A stretch of 63,772 nt of DNA, filler included, from Octopus bimaculoides (GCF_001194135.2; 5 parts of 5 records of this genome joined end to end with filler, not necessarily neighbours in it), one strand, 5' to 3'. Positions 38,121 through 52,716 are shown, counted from the whole stretch's first letter. The notes: generated by a model not told the origin, from the letters alone. Translations and numbers: made by a program.

Positions 38121-38469
38121 TAGGGACATATATGGAATAAAGCAAAACCTGAAAATATTCCGATGAACATTCATGTTCAAGCATATCGGTATTTATATAT
38201 TTACAGAACAAATTTACTTGGAGTACGAAAGGTGCAGAAAATTAAGGGGAGAAGGCATGGTAATTCATGTCCGACATCTGTTTCCGGGGGCTCAGAATTA
38301 GGTAATAGTTGTAATGATGGCAAATGGAGTATGCAAAAAAATGTCAAGAATATGTTACCAGTAATGGCTGCATATAAACATTAGTGTAAATCCGGCTTCC
38401 GTCTTCAGGGTGGAGAGATTGGCATATTTATGTGCGTGTGAGAATGAGAGAGAGAGAGAGAGAGAGAGG

Positions 38470-38625
38470 TCTACGTCTCTGAAGATGACTGCATTAGTAG
38501 CCTTGATATTCGTGGGTACTGAGATGGCTTTTGTTAGATTTCTATCGGCATAAAATCCGCGGTTGCAGTAGCGACACGTAATAGCAAAATAAGGCTTGTC
38601 TGCGGTTCTTCCTTGCGGTGCAGTT
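38470..38625 (-). mobile_element. RTE-like LINE 3' end with one C2H2 finger and (CT)n tail
   Basis: Minus strand KERRTAPQG...TCRYCNRGFYADRNLT, a 2-nt frameshift, SHLSTHE (restoring C-x2-C-x12-H-x3-H), a stop, then a short GTCATCTTCAGAGACG UTR and microsatellite. Confidence 0.65.
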
Positions 38626-38803
38626 CGCCTCTCCTTTTGTTTCTCTCATCATTTCTAATCGGAAAGAGAGAGAGATAGAGAGAAATAGAGAGACAGAGAA
38701 AGGGACATACATCTTACGTACATGCAATTCATACATATATGCACGCATACATACACGCATCCAGGCATGCAATTCATACATACGAGATGGTGGTAAGAAG
38801 AGG

Positions 38804-38835
<32 letters not shown>

Positions 38836-39258
38836 GTAAATCGAAAACAGCAAGTAAAATAAACAGCCGAAAGGAACGGTGTTAGGGTGGTGGACTAAAA
38901 CACATATTTGAGATCAATAATANNNNNNNNNNNNNNNNNNNNNNNNNNNNNNNNNNNNNNNNNNNNNNNNNNNNNNNNNNNNNNNNNNNNNNNNNNNNNN
39001 NNNNNNNNNNNNNNNNNNNNNNNNNNNNNNNNNNNNNNNNNNNNNNNNNNNNNNNNNNNNNNNNNNNNNNNNNNNNNNNNNNNNNNNNNNNNNNNNNNNN
39101 NNNNNNNNNNNNNNNNNNNNNNNNNNNNNNNNNNNNNNNNNNNNNNNNNNNNNNNNNNNNNNNNNNNNNNNNNNNNNNNNNNNNNNNNNNNNNNNNNNNN
39201 NNNNNNNNNNNNNNNNNNNNNNNNNNNNNNNNNNNNNNNNNNNNNNNNNNNNNNNNNN

Positions 39259-39291
39259 AATAATAATAATAATAATAATAACAAAAATAAT

Positions 39292-39378
<87 letters not shown>

Positions 39379-39384
39379 AATAAT

Positions 39385-39447
<63 letters not shown>
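39259..39447. repeat. (AAT)n tract with a duplicated interruption
   Basis: ACAAAAATAATATT appears twice about 93 bp apart. Confidence 0.9.
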
Positions 39448-39448
<1 letters not shown>

Positions 39449-40671
39449 GTTGATTTGTAAGCATACATATGCTTGTATGCATATCTGTCTATATGAGTAT
39501 CTAGGCTTCTGTATGTGTGTGTGTGTTTGTGAAATAGAGCCTTAAATATCGCAGTGTAAGCATTTTTCAATGTGTCAGTATATATAGTGTCAATGTGCAT
39601 GTGTGTATGTGCGTGTGTATGTGTACATGTTGTCATGGTGTGTGTGAGTGTGTGCATGTGATGTGCGTATATTGTCATTGTGTGCGTATGCGTGTGTGTG
39701 TGTTTGTGTGTGTGTGTGTGTAGATCTTTGAAATTGCAAAGACGATCGAATCAGAGGATTCATCAGTTATACAGTGCTGTGCACGTTTAGGACCACGTAC
39801 TGAGATGATAGCGATGATGATGGTGGAGGCGGTGGCGGTGGTGGTGGTGGTGGTGGTGNNNNNNNNNNNNNNNNNNNNNNNNNNNNNNNNNNNNNNNNNN
39901 NNNNNNNNNNNNNNNNNNNNNNNNNNNNNNNNNNNNNNNNNNNNNNNNNNNNNNNNNNNNNNNNNNNNNNNNNNNNNNNNNNNNNNNNNNNNNNNNNNNN
40001 NNNNNNNNNNNNNNNNNNNNNNNNNNNNNNNNNNNNNNNNNNNNNNNNNNNNNNNNNNNNNNNNNNNNNNNNNNNNNNNNNNNNNNNNNNNNNNNNNNNN
40101 NNNNNNNNNNNNNNNNNNNNNNNNNNNNNNNNNNNNNNNNNNNNNNNNNNNNNNNNNNNNNNNNNNNNNNNNNNNNNNNNNNNNNNNNNNNNNNNNNNNN
40201 NNNNNNNNNNNNNNNNNNNNNNNNNNNNNNNNNNNNNNNNNNNNNNNNNNNNNNNNNNNNNNNNNNNNNNNNNNNNNNNNNNNNNNNNNNNNNNNNNNNN
40301 NNNNNNNNNNNNNNNNNNNNNNNNNNNNNNNNNNNNNNNNNNNNNNNNNNNNNNNNNNNNNNNNNNNNNNNNNNNNNNNNNNNNNNNNNNNNNNNNNNNN
40401 NNNNNNNNNNNNNNNNNNNNNNNNNNNNNNNNNNNNNNNNNNNNNNNNNNNNNNNNNNNNNNNNNNNNNNNNNNNNNNNNNNNNNNNNNNNNNNNNNNNN
40501 NNNNNNNNNNNNNNNNNNNNNNNNNNNNNNNNNNNNNNNNNNNNNNNNNNNNNNNNNNNNNNNNNNNNNNNNNNNNNNNNNNNNNNNNNNNNNNNNNNNN
40601 NNNNNNNNNNNNNNNNNNNNNNNNNNNNNNNNNNNNNNNNNNNNNNNNNNNNNNNNNNNNNNNNNNNNATT

Positions 40672-40715
<44 letters not shown>

Positions 40716-41574
40716 CACATATATACACATATATATACATATAAACAGATATATACAAATATATATATAAATGTATATATATGCAAATATATATATATAT
40801 ATACATTTATTTATATGTATACACACATATATATATACACATATATATATATATATACATATATATATTAGCATTTATATATATATACATATATGTGCAT
40901 ATATATATATGTGTGTGTGTATATGTATGTATGCATGTATGTATGTATGTATGTATATACCTACACCCAGGGACACTCAAATAACTCACATATTAGCACG
41001 TACGCACTCACACACTCAAACACACACGCACTCAATCTCACACACACATACACACTCACAAAGACACACACACACACGAACACGCTGTATCTGGCGTTGA
41101 GATGCAGCTTATGATGACTGAAGAACCACAAATGAGATTTATAAATATATCCACATTGCCCTTGTTTACTGTAACAAGATACTCGGCATGCGTTCGTGTG
41201 TGTGTGTGTGTATGTGTGTGCATATGTATATATATATATATATATATGTGTGTTTGTGTATGTGTGTATCTGTGCGTGTGTGTGCTTGTCTACACGTGCG
41301 CGGGTGCTTGAGTGCATGTGTTTTCTTGTGATCGGTTACCTCTCAGCAACAGCTCAACTTAGCTAGAGCTCCTTTCTCAGCCGGTCCTACTGCTTATTCC
41401 TCTCTCTCTACCTGTGTTTTATCGTTTTGTGCCTGTGTGTATATATATATGCATGCGTTATGTGTCTGTATGTGTGTATGCGTGTGCTTGTATGTATGTA
41501 TGTATGTATGCTTGTATGCAAGTGTTTCTATCTATCTATATATATGTACATAGATATATACATTCTGTCATACC

Positions 41575-41614
41575 GGCCATGACGAAGGGAAATAGCCCTG
41601 AAACTGGAGTCGCC
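41575..41614 (+). ncRNA. Hammerhead-like motif (isolated, Penelope-type)
   Basis: GGC c-ATGACGA AGGG aaatag CCCT GAAAC tgga GTC GCC. Stems I and II and the GUC triplet are present; the 5' core box is irregular. Confidence 0.5.
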
Positions 41615-41616
41615 TT

Positions 41617-41648
<32 letters not shown>

Positions 41649-41926
41649 TATATATTTGATCCTTTATATTGAACACTCAATATTTCATCTACATTCAATA
41701 CTTTCTTTCATGGTGCCATCCATTTTTATTTTATTTTATTTTATATTGTATATTGTATATCATATTATATATTGTATATTCCATATTCTATACCCCACAT
41801 TAGTTCTGCAGGAATATAAATAAAACATAAAAAACAGACAATGTTGGAACTCTTTTAAGCAAAATAATATATTCCTCTATACACAATCATACAAAAAAAC
41901 CCACCTTTTTTGTATTTATTTTTACT

Positions 41927-42001
<75 letters not shown>

Positions 42002-42212
42002 GTATATATATATATATACATATATATATATACATACATACATGATATATAAATATAGATGTCTGTAATTATATGTGTACATGTATATGTCTTTATGTGT
42101 GTGTGTATACATATATATGTATATATGTGTGCATGTATAAGTATGTATGTATGTATGAATGTATATATGTATGTATATATGTATGTATGTATCTATGTGT
42201 GTGCGTTTGTTT

Positions 42213-42255
<43 letters not shown>

Positions 42256-43028
42256 TGTGTGTGTGTGTGGACACGAATTGAGCACAGTACATTCCAAAAG
42301 TTCTTAAACTAAGTCATAATCCCACATGTTGGCATTATGAATCATTTTACATCGGTCGATATGTGTGACATTCAGCTCTTATCTGTCTAAACACTATATT
42401 AAATACCCCTGTTTGTTTTTCTTGTTTCACCGCATAGTTGATATTTTAGGAGGCAATCTTTATCCTTCAAAATATTAGCAGGGCCAAACCGATTGTTCAT
42501 TCATTCCATCTGATTCGTAACCTGCGTATGTGATATAGTATCGTACAACTAATGCAGTCACGTTCGTTTGAAGCTGGGTTAGAAAATATGATGCGAGGTC
42601 TCTTTACGAAAACAAGACTTGTCCAGAGCTACGTAGGAATTTTTGTCAGTTTTCTATATGATATTTCCCCCCACAATGTGCTAGATGACGAGATCGCGTT
42701 GTTCTGAAGTCAATTTTCGACTATATTATACACTATAGAAGTACGAAGTTCTCAATAAGCATGTAGCGTGTCCATGAATGAAAGAGAAATGAAAAGAAGG
42801 TATTGAAAGGAATATGTGTTTATCTATCACGCTTTATCTGCCTAGCAAACAGTCTAAGAATATGTAAAACTTTATATATAATAATAATAATAATAATGAT
42901 ATATTGTACATATATATATAATAATATGTATAATAATATATATAATATTAATAGTAATAATATATATTGTACATATATATAAATATATATATAATGATAA
43001 TAATAATATATATACGCTTACGTGTGTG

Positions 43029-43087
<59 letters not shown>

Positions 43088-43474
43088 NNNNNNNNNNNNN
43101 NNNNNNNNNNNNNNNNNNNNNNNNNNNNNNNNNNNNNNNNNNNNNNNNNNNNNNNNNNNNNNNNNNNNNNNNNNNNNNNNNNNNNNNNNNNNNNNNNNNN
43201 NNNNNNNNNNNNNNNNNNNNNNNNNNNNNNNNNNNNNNNNNNNNNNNNNNNNNNNNNNNNNNNNNNNNNNNNNNNNNNNNNNNNNNNNNNNNNNNNNNNN
43301 NNNNNNNNNNNNNNNNNNNNNNNNNNNNNNNNNNNNNNNNNNNNNNNNNNNNNNNNNNNNNNNNNNNNNNNNNNNNNNNNNNNNNNNNNNNNNNNNNNNN
43401 NNNNNNNNNNNNATATATATATATATATATATACATAAATATGAATATATATTTATAAACATATGCATATATGG

Positions 43475-43735
43475 GTACAGGACAATATCAATTGTGCAGA
43501 CAACATGAAATACGTAAACAAACGAGTTAGGACAAGTAAACACAGAGAAAGGACCCTTCATCAGTCGTCGGCTCTTTGTCTACTCTTCATTTCCAGCATT
43601 CAAAGACAATATGAGTGTTCGAATGCAGTTGCTCCCATAAATTCTAAAATAAAATTTTGGATTTATGGAGGATCAAAGTCGGTAACAAAAACAGGACAGT
43701 GGAGACATACAAGGAAACCGAACGAAAACAAACAT
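43475..43735 (+). mobile_element. Interspersed repeat fragment, possibly Penelope-like terminal region
   Basis: Non-microsatellite block between (TA)n tracts, beginning TACAGGAC like 45008-45120. The family call is from recall only. Another such block is at 44275-44560. Confidence 0.35.
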
Positions 43736-44124
43736 GGAAGGTCGTTAGACCAGAACGAGGGGAAAATAGTGAACGCTGAGAGAAATATTTTATTTGAAAA
43801 AAGCAAGGATGGAAGAGAGAGAAAAAAGTCCAATCTTTTGAACATCCGTTTGGAAAAGAAAGAAAATCACTTGAGGAATAGAAAGATGGATGATGGTCAC
43901 GTGTGAGCAACGAGAGAGAGAAAAGAGACAGAAGGTAGAGATAGAGACAGATAGAAAACGGTGAAAGAGGGCGGGGAAGAAAAAGGGAATTTGAGAAAGA
44001 TGGAGGAAGAAAGCGGTATAGAGTACAGACGCATCAAAAAGGTGGCGATAAACGTACATGAGAATGGATGCGTGGCGTTCAATGAAATGATAATAATAAA
44101 CACTATATATATGTGTGCATATAT

Positions 44125-44155
<31 letters not shown>

Positions 44156-44156
44156 T

Positions 44157-44258
<102 letters not shown>

Positions 44259-44843
44259 CACATATGTATACATATACAAATATTACTTCTTCCAAGGAAT
44301 CAGTGCTCTTAGCTTAGTTTTTCCTCGGGGCTGGCCAGATTGGAGCAATCTTGTGTTTAACCAGCCGAAATTGCAAAGATAATCTGGAACTCGACTGAGG
44401 AAAGAAAACTCCGAATGACCCGTCCTTGTTTTCTTTGTATCGTCTCTCTGGGTGTTTTGTTGTCCTTTTTTGTATCACCTAACTGTCTGGATGTTTTGCG
44501 TTCTTGTCCCATTTTTGCATTTTTTATATATAAAAATATAACGGCGTAGGTACACTTATATGTAATTATATATATATATATATGTACAATAAATATATAT
44601 ATATACATATATATTGTACATATATATACATACACATATATATACATATATATATATACATATATGCACACACATATATATATATGTATATATATATATA
44701 TATGTGTGTGTGTGTGCCCAATAAAATATTTTAATTACTGGAATTTAATTCTTTGGGCAGAATCGAAACAGTTGTAAGAGAGCATGTTGAATTTCTGCGG
44801 TTAATAAATTATATTAATGTTACACCATTTTCTGCATTTTAAT

Positions 44844-44931
<88 letters not shown>

Positions 44932-46536
44932 CAAAAAATATATATGCATGTATACACACATATATGTATATACTTTCATCTACATGTGTATATAGATGCA
45001 TATCAAGGTACAGGACGTTAGAACAATGAACTACAGACAAAGGAACGAACACATAGGAAAACTTGGAATTATTCATTAGCTGCCTCTATTCTAACTCGAC
45101 GTTTCGAAGATAAGGCAGGGTTAGGGTTATATATATATACGACGGGCTTCTTTCAGTTTCTGTCTACCAAATCCACTCACAATGCTTTAGTCGGCTGGAG
45201 GCTACAGCAGAAGGCACTTTCCCAAGGTGCCACGGAGGTGGACTGAACGTGGAACCACGAGGTTGGGAAGTAAGTTTCTTACCACACAGCCCCACCTGCG
45301 CCTTAGAAGTAAAGGAAAGAAAATAAAGAAAAAATATTAAAGACAATACATGCTTAATGCTCGTCATATATGTGTGTGTGTGTATATATTTATATAAATG
45401 TATGTGTATGTATATATGTATTTATGCATGCATGTATGTGTATATGTATGTAGAGAGAAAGCCGTCTTTTATATATAAGTATAACAGAGAGGTTTGTTTT
45501 CAATATCTTTCCTTTAGCTTTTGAAAATATGCTACGTTCTACAGTACATGTGTGTGTGCGGTGTGTACGTGTGTGTGTGTGTGTTTAAGTGTGTATGTAT
45601 ATATAGTTGCAGGAGGTATTAAAGCAGAATGAAGAACTGTGGTTGTTCTATTGAAAAATAGCCTCTATAATTTAATATAACAGTCGGCATCATTGATGAC
45701 GTGGTTATAATAGTACATACATATATTACTACTAAGTCATTGATATATGTGTGTTAATATGCGATTCATGTTAATATGCGTTTGATCATATTAGCATTAA
45801 TATGTAAATATTCAAATACGTGTTTGTGTGTGTGCGTGTGTGTTAAAATGCTGATTCTTTACTTCGAAGTTTTGTCGATATAGGATTCTTAAAGCAGTGT
45901 TTGGTACGATGAAATATTCATTTCGGATACTAATAAGTAATTTGGTGCAGGTTAGTGTTAAAGTTAGTAGGTTGAAATAGTAAATATAACCATGAAGGTA
46001 GGGAGGGAAAGGGTACGGGATATTGCCAATGAATAATACAAATGGCAGATGGAGGGGGAAAGGGATATTATACCATATTATACCATATTCTTACTCAACT
46101 TAATAGCAAATGTTCTATTTTATTGAATGTTAAGGTGACGGCCTTTGATATATGCAATAACATTATAACTTTGTACAAGTTCCATCTTGTTTAAAAACAA
46201 AAAATATCTATGTGCTCACATAAATATTTTGTGGTATTAACAGCGGGAGAAATCTTCAGAGGAAGAACTTTGGTCAGGTGAATGCACTCGTTAGTTTCTG
46301 GTACCCTAAGGAAGCCGTACCCACCTAGGTCATGACTCCTAGGTTTCCTCCAGCTGCTTTCAAATTACCACCTTCAGCGGTGTACAATAGTGGTTAGGGT
46401 GTTGGATTCGTTATCGTAAGATTGTGCTTTCGATTCTTGAACTGGGCGACGCATTGTGTTCTTGCTTCAAAATACCACCTTCAGCCGAGATTAAACCCAG
46501 AACTTTCAGGTAATCTTTGAGCTATGGTATACATCG

Positions 46537-46762
46537 CGCGGTGTACAATAGTGGTTAGGGTGTTGGATTCATTATCGTAAGATCGTGGTTTCGATTCTTG
46601 AACTGGGCGACGCATTGGGTTCTTGAGCAAAACCCTTCATTTCACGTTGCTCCAGTCCACTCTGCTGGCAAAAACGAGTAATCCTGCGACGGACCGGCGT
46701 CTCATCCAGGTGGGGAATATATATGTCATTGAAACCGGGAAACCGGCCCTTATGAATTGAGA
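46537..46762 (+). mobile_element. Family C head with tail 2; head duplicated at 46378-46463
   Basis: AGTGGTTAGGGTGTTGG...GGTTTCGATTC...TTGAGCAAAACCC...CTGGCAAAAACGAGTA|ATCCTGCGACGGACCGG. Confidence 0.75.
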
Positions 46763-47423
46763 AGGCAACTTTACCTTTACCTTACATCGCTCGGCTAGAA
46801 AGACCACCAAAAGAGCATGCATCATGGATGTCTTTCAAGATGGGTTTCCTTCCTGTCATTCTCTATCTAGCGGTCTACAGTATTCTTTTCCGGTTCCAGC
46901 TTTCGTTTCATTTTTTTGTCCATAGCCATATTGAGCTCCTTCCAAGTTGTTTCTGACAGGCGTTACATCGTCATTGTTCTTTTGCGACCGTTGATTCCAA
47001 GCTGACCTACAAGTTGGCACATGTAGGCTGCGCCAAACCCACGTGCGTCAATTTCCCCATCTTCTACTAGGTCATCATATTTCCGACGCGGCTAATATTA
47101 TTTATAGATTCATAAAATTTAGAAATATGCGTATATGTAAGTATGTATAACTGCGTATAATACGCCTATATATATAAGTACATATAAATATAAACCAATC
47201 ATTATCAACTCCACCACCAGCATCATCATCATCATCATCGTCGTCGTCATCATCATCATCGTCATCATCATCACCATTGCAATTACAATAGTCACCACAG
47301 AGGCACCACTGAGTCATTTTTATATCACCATCATCATCTGGCGTTGTCGTCGTCGTCATTTGTGTGACAGAATTAAAAATCTATTTGTCGTTGATTCGTA
47401 ACGTAAGAACCTTTTAGTTGTTT

Positions 47424-47455
<32 letters not shown>

Positions 47456-48389
47456 GCTGCTGCTGCTGCAGCTGCTGTTGTTGTTGTTATAGCTCTTGTT
47501 TATTCTTGTCCTTGCAATTGTTACTGTTATTGTTATTTTGGATGAAGGTGGTGGTACCAGTTGGAGATGGTGACAGCGGTGGTGGTGGTGCGGTGGTGNN
47601 NNNNNNNNNNNNNNNNNNNNNNNNNNNNNNNNNNNNNNNNNNNNNNNNNNNNNNNNNNNNGTGGTGGTGGCTGCGGTGGTGGTGGTGGTACCAGTTGGAG
47701 ATGGTGACGGCGGCGGTGGTGGTGGTGCGGTGGTGGTGGTGGCGGAGGCAGTGGTGGCGGCGGAGGCGGCGGCAACGGTGGTGGTGGCAGTGGTTGTGGT
47801 TATGGTGGTGCTGATGGTGCTGGCAATGTTATTCATTTAGTTATTCAATTACTGAATTAATACACTTTAATTATGCAATATTTTATTTATACATACTTTT
47901 ATTAGAAATATAAAACAAATTTTTGGGTGCGGCAATGACATTCCTCTTAAGACCGTTGACATCTAGGTCAAAGGTCATCAGCGTTCAGAGCTTTGCTATT
48001 GTTCTTAAAATTATTTGCTTTCTCTCTTTCCGTTTGGTTTAGGTTTTCGCGAAGAAGGAAGTTCTTGTTTTGCTTTGCGTTTTTTCTACTGGTTTCACTC
48101 ATACAACTGCGGCTATGCTGGAGCACTACTTGTGAGGGTTCTAGGAAAACATGCAATCCCTATATTGGCCTCAGTTTGGTAGTAATTTTATCCTTACCTC
48201 TTTGTCCAACTGCTAAGTTGGGAGGTATCAAGCAAAACAACGTAAACAACAACGGTTTTTACATAGATGTATACATAATCGTACACACATATATGTACAC
48301 AGAAATGCATACAGACATACATACATGTGTGTGTGTGTTTGTGGGTGTATGCATATATGTATGTATGTATGCATGTATGTATGTATAAG

Positions 48390-48590
48390 CACAGTCGTGG
48401 CTGTGTGGTAAGAAGCTTGCCTCCCAGCCACATGGTTCCGGGTTCGGTCCCACTGCGTGATACCTTGAGCAAGTATCTGCTACTATAGCCTCGGGCTGAC
48501 CAAAGCCTTGAGAGAGGATTTGATAGACGGAAACTGAAAGAAGCCCGTCGTGTATGCGTGTGCGTGTGTATGTGTGTGTTTGCGTGTGTA

Positions 48591-48642
<52 letters not shown>

Positions 48643-48850
48643 TATCTCTGTTTGTCTCCCACCACCGTTTGATAACCAGTGTTGGTGTATTTGCGTCCCC
48701 GTAACTCAGCAGGTTCGGCTAAAGAGACCGATGAAGTAAGTACCAGGTTTAAAAAATAAGTACTGGGGTCGATTCATTTGACTAAAAATTCTTCAAGATT
48801 GTGCCCCAGCATGGTCGCAGTCTAATGACTGAAACAAGTAAAAGATAAAA
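48390..48850 (+). mobile_element. Family E SINE, full length with expanded internal (TG)n
   Basis: All modules present; internal microsatellite at about 48551-48640. Confidence 0.9.
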
Positions 48851-49150
48851 GATATATGTATATTCACACGCGGGCAGACAGTAATATGTAAATATAAAAC
48901 ACATGAACATCACTGCACGGCTCCAAAGGTTCCAGCCATCCCATCTAGTGTAAGGACCATGTACTGCAATAACTTGGGATTCAAGGGAGCAGTAATATCG
49001 AACTCCCTCTTTCACCAAAAGCCAATCACATAAGAATCGCCATTGGAAAGGTGATAATACTGACGGTGCCCCAAAATGGCCTCACCCTTTGGGCTGAAAC
49101 GCATACATAAAGGAACAAAAGAACATACATACATACATACATACATACAT

Positions 49151-49273
49151 ACCAATCTTGAGAAATTAGGCTTCTCAAAACCAGAAAGGTAAAAGCTGAT
49201 TCGAAGACTAGAGATCCAATCCATCACTAGAACTGTAAAAGTCTGTGAAATTTTCCAGAAGTTTATCATTTAA
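49151..49273 (+). mobile_element. Decayed C-terminus resembling RLE-clade non-LTR ORF ends
   Basis: TNLEKLGFSKPER*KLIRRLEIQSITRTVKVCEIFQKFII*. The family assignment is inference. Confidence 0.4.
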
Positions 49274-50326
49274 ATATATATGAGCATGTCTAGAAATGCA
49301 AGTATATGCATGAGAATACGTACATAAAACAAAACATACAAATCTGCACGTATACATACATACATTGTTGCTGATGTTGATTTTCCAATGAAGGAGCTTT
49401 GGATCTAGGTTAGAAACCGGCTCTTTCTCTATTGACAAGAAATCTTAAAATAAAACTGAGTAATCCTTTCTACTATAGGCACAAGGTCTGAAATTTGGGG
49501 GAGAGGGCTAGTCGATTGCATTGGCCCCAGTGCTCGACTGGTACTTAATTCATCGACTGCGAAAGAATGAAAGACCAAGTCGGCCTCGGTGGCACTTGAA
49601 CTCAGAACGTAACTACTAGCGAAATATCGCTAAGCATTTTGCCCGGCGTGCTAACGATTCTTCCAGCTCGCCGCCTTAATAAAACTAAATAATGATATAC
49701 ATACATCTATAGACATGCTTATATACGTTAGCAAGCCGGATAAAATGCTTAACGGCATTTCGTCCGTCCTTATGTTCTGAGTTCGAATTCTGCACAGGTC
49801 GAGTTTGCCTTTCATTCTTTCAGGGTCGATAAATTAAGTAAATTAAGTACCAGTTGAACACTAGTATCGCTGTAATCGACTTAACCCCTGCCCCGAAAAT
49901 GCTGGCCTTATGCCAAAATTTTAAACCAATATTCTCATTACAAAATAAAGCAGCAAGCTGGTAGAGTGGTTAGCATGCCGGGTAAAACGCTTAGCGGCAT
50001 TTTGTCCGTCTTTACGTTCTGAGTTCAAATTCCGCCGAGGTCGACTTTTCCTTTCGGAGTTGATAAACCAATATTTTCATTTTATTTAGATTAATTTTCC
50101 CATTGCCCCAGACGTTTAGAATTCTATCTACTCAGGAAATTTTGACTCAGCTCATAGATCACACCCGTAACTATCATTATACCTCATCCTACACACACAT
50201 ACATACACAAACACACACTGAGGACATGCGCGGAACCCAGACTCGAAACCGCTGTTGTTCTGCCTTGAAGAAAAAAGTACAATGCATACAATATAATCTT
50301 GTGAAAGCCTGCACACAAGTACTAAC

Positions 50327-50643
50327 TGGTACTCCGTGTGTTACAAGGGCTTCAGTTTTGATCCGATCAACAGCCTGCTTGTGAGATTAACGTGCATGTG
50401 GCTGAGCACTCCACAGACATATGTACCCTTAATGTAGTTCTCAGGTAGATTCAGCGTGACACACAATGTGACAAAGCTTTCCCATTATATTACAGGTACT
50501 ACTCATTTTTACCAGCTGAGTGGACTGGAGCAACGTGATATAAAGTGTGTTGCTCAAGGACATAATATGCCTCACTGGGAATTGAACTCACGACCTTACA
50601 ATCGTGAGTCAAATGCCCTAACCACTAAGCCACGCGCCTTCAC
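50327..50643 (-). mobile_element. Family C SINE (tail 1)
   Basis: Head GAAGGCGCGTGGCTTAGTGGTTAGGG...GAGTTCAATTCCC; joins tail 1 at AAAAATGAGTA|GTACCTG. Confidence 0.85.
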
Positions 50644-50645
50644 AA

Positions 50646-50680
<35 letters not shown>

Positions 50681-50828
50681 CATACAACTATTACCACAAC
50701 TTCTAACAAAAACACAAACCTACCACCACCACCACCACCACCACTATCACCACTCACTACAACACACACNNNNNNNNNNNNNNNNNNNNNNNNNCACACA
50801 CACACACACACGCACACACACACACACA

Positions 50829-50860
<32 letters not shown>

Positions 50861-51027
50861 TATTGCTTCATAACAATCTCCCTCTGCAGAAAGGATTAGA
50901 ACTGTTGTCGATGAAATAGAAAGTATACAGAGAGAGAGAGTAGGAGGAAGAGGAGGAACGGAGAGAGAGAGAGGGGCACTATGAAAAAAGAACGGGAGTA
51001 GAAGCTAGAGGAAATTATAATACACTG

Positions 51028-51167
<140 letters not shown>

Positions 51168-51610
51168 AGCGGTGATGACGGTGTTGTATCACTCTTCTCT
51201 CTGTCTTTCTCTCACGCCCCTTTCCTTTCTCCCTCTCTATGTCTGTTTCTTTACCTCTTACCATCCCTCAATCACAGCCGACTATGGATAGACAGACGGA
51301 AGAAGTAAAACCACAGGAAGAACTAGCTCGCTCCTGAAACTTGTTGGCTTTATTGTTAACGTAGTTGGCTTTGTTACTGTTGTTGTTTAACACCTGATCA
51401 ATCTTGATTGACCATCACGTCATTTTCTGGGTGGGTCGAGGATACCTAGGACTACATCAGTTAATGCGTCTATCCCGTTGCTTTTTGTAGTTTTTTTTTT
51501 AGTTTTTTAATAAAACACCACAGGTGGAGATTTGGCTGCTATTTCTAACAGACTGTTGCTTTCTTCGTGGTCATAATCGTGGTAGTAGTACCATAGTTAT
51601 TACCGTTGAT

Positions 51611-51897
51611 GTGGAGGCGCAATGGCCCAGTGGTTAGGGCAGCGGACTCACGGTCATAGGATCGCGGTTTCGATTCCCAGACCGGGCGTTGTGAGTGTTT
51701 ATTGAGTGAAAATACCTAAAAGCTCCACGAGGCTCCGGCAGGGGATGGTGGCGAACCCTGCTCTACTCTTCCACCACAACTTTCTCTCACTCTTACTTCC
51801 TGTTTCTGTTGTACCTGTAATTCAAAAGGGTCAGCCTTGTCACACTGTGTCACGCTGAATATCCCTGAGAACTACGTTAAGGGTACACGTGTCTGTG
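51611..51897 (+). mobile_element. Family B SINE (tail 1), cut by a gap
   Basis: Nearly identical to the reverse complement of 7174-7555. Confidence 0.9.
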
Positions 51898-52680
51898 NNN
51901 NNNNNNNNNNNNNNNNNNNNNNNNNNNNNNNNNNNNNNNNNNNNNNNNNNNNNNNNNNNNNNNNNNNNNNNNNNNNNNNNNNNNNNNNNNNNNNNNNNNN
52001 NNNNNNNNNNNNNNNNNNNNNNNNNNNNNNNNNNNNNNNNNNNNNNNNNNNNNNNNNNNNNNNNNNNNNNNNNNNNNNNNNNNNNNNNNNNNNNNNNNNN
52101 NNNNNNNNNNNNNNNNNNNNNNNNNNNNNNNNNNNNNNNNNNNNNNNNNNNNNNNNNNNNNNNNNNNNNNNNNNNNNNNNNNNNNNNNNNNNNNNNNNNN
52201 NNNNNNNNNNNNNNNNNNNNNNNNNNNNNNNNNNNNNNNNNNNNNNNNNNNNNNNNNNNNNNNNNNNNNNNNNNNNNNNNNNNNNNNNNNNNNNNNNNNN
52301 NNNNNNNNNNNNNNNNNNNNNNNNNNNNNNNNNNNNNNNNNNNNNNNNNNNNNNNNNNNNNNNNNNNNNNNNNNNNNNNNNNNNNNNNNNNNNNNNNNNN
52401 NNNNNNNNNNNNNNNNNNNNNNNNNNNNNNNNNNNNNNNNNNNNNNNNNNNNNNNNNNNNNNNNNNNNNNNNNNNNNNNNNNNNNNNNNNNNNNNNNNNN
52501 NNNNNNNNNNNNNNNNNNNNNNNNNNNNNNNNNNNNNNNNNNNNNNNNNNNNNNNNNNNNNNNNNNNNNNNNNNNNNNNNNNNNNNNNNNNNNNNNNNNN
52601 NNNNNNNNNNNNNNNNNNNNNNNNNNNNNNNNNNNNNNNNNNNNNNNNNNNNNNNNNNNNNNNNNNNNNNNNNNNNNNNN

Positions 52681-52709
<29 letters not shown>

Positions 52710-52716
<7 letters not shown>

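Noticed and set aside
43463-43906. 147-aa ORF
   Set aside because: It spans an interspersed-repeat fragment and a purine-rich stretch, with no recognisable domain.
44385-44420. CTGAGGA...CCGAATG as a hammerhead
   Set aside because: No GAAA box and no convincing stem II.
45060-45110. GAAACGTC...CTAATGA on the minus strand as a permuted hammerhead
   Set aside because: Stem I does not pair and the 5' box is mutated.
47549-47735. GGTACCAGTTGGAGATGGTGAC repeat
   Set aside because: The copies sit on either side of an N gap in a GGT tract, so an overlap artefact cannot be told from a real repeat.
49055-49110. CTGACGG...GGGCTGAAACGCAT as a hammerhead
   Set aside because: A stem II is plausible, but the A9 position, cleavage triplet and stem I all fail.
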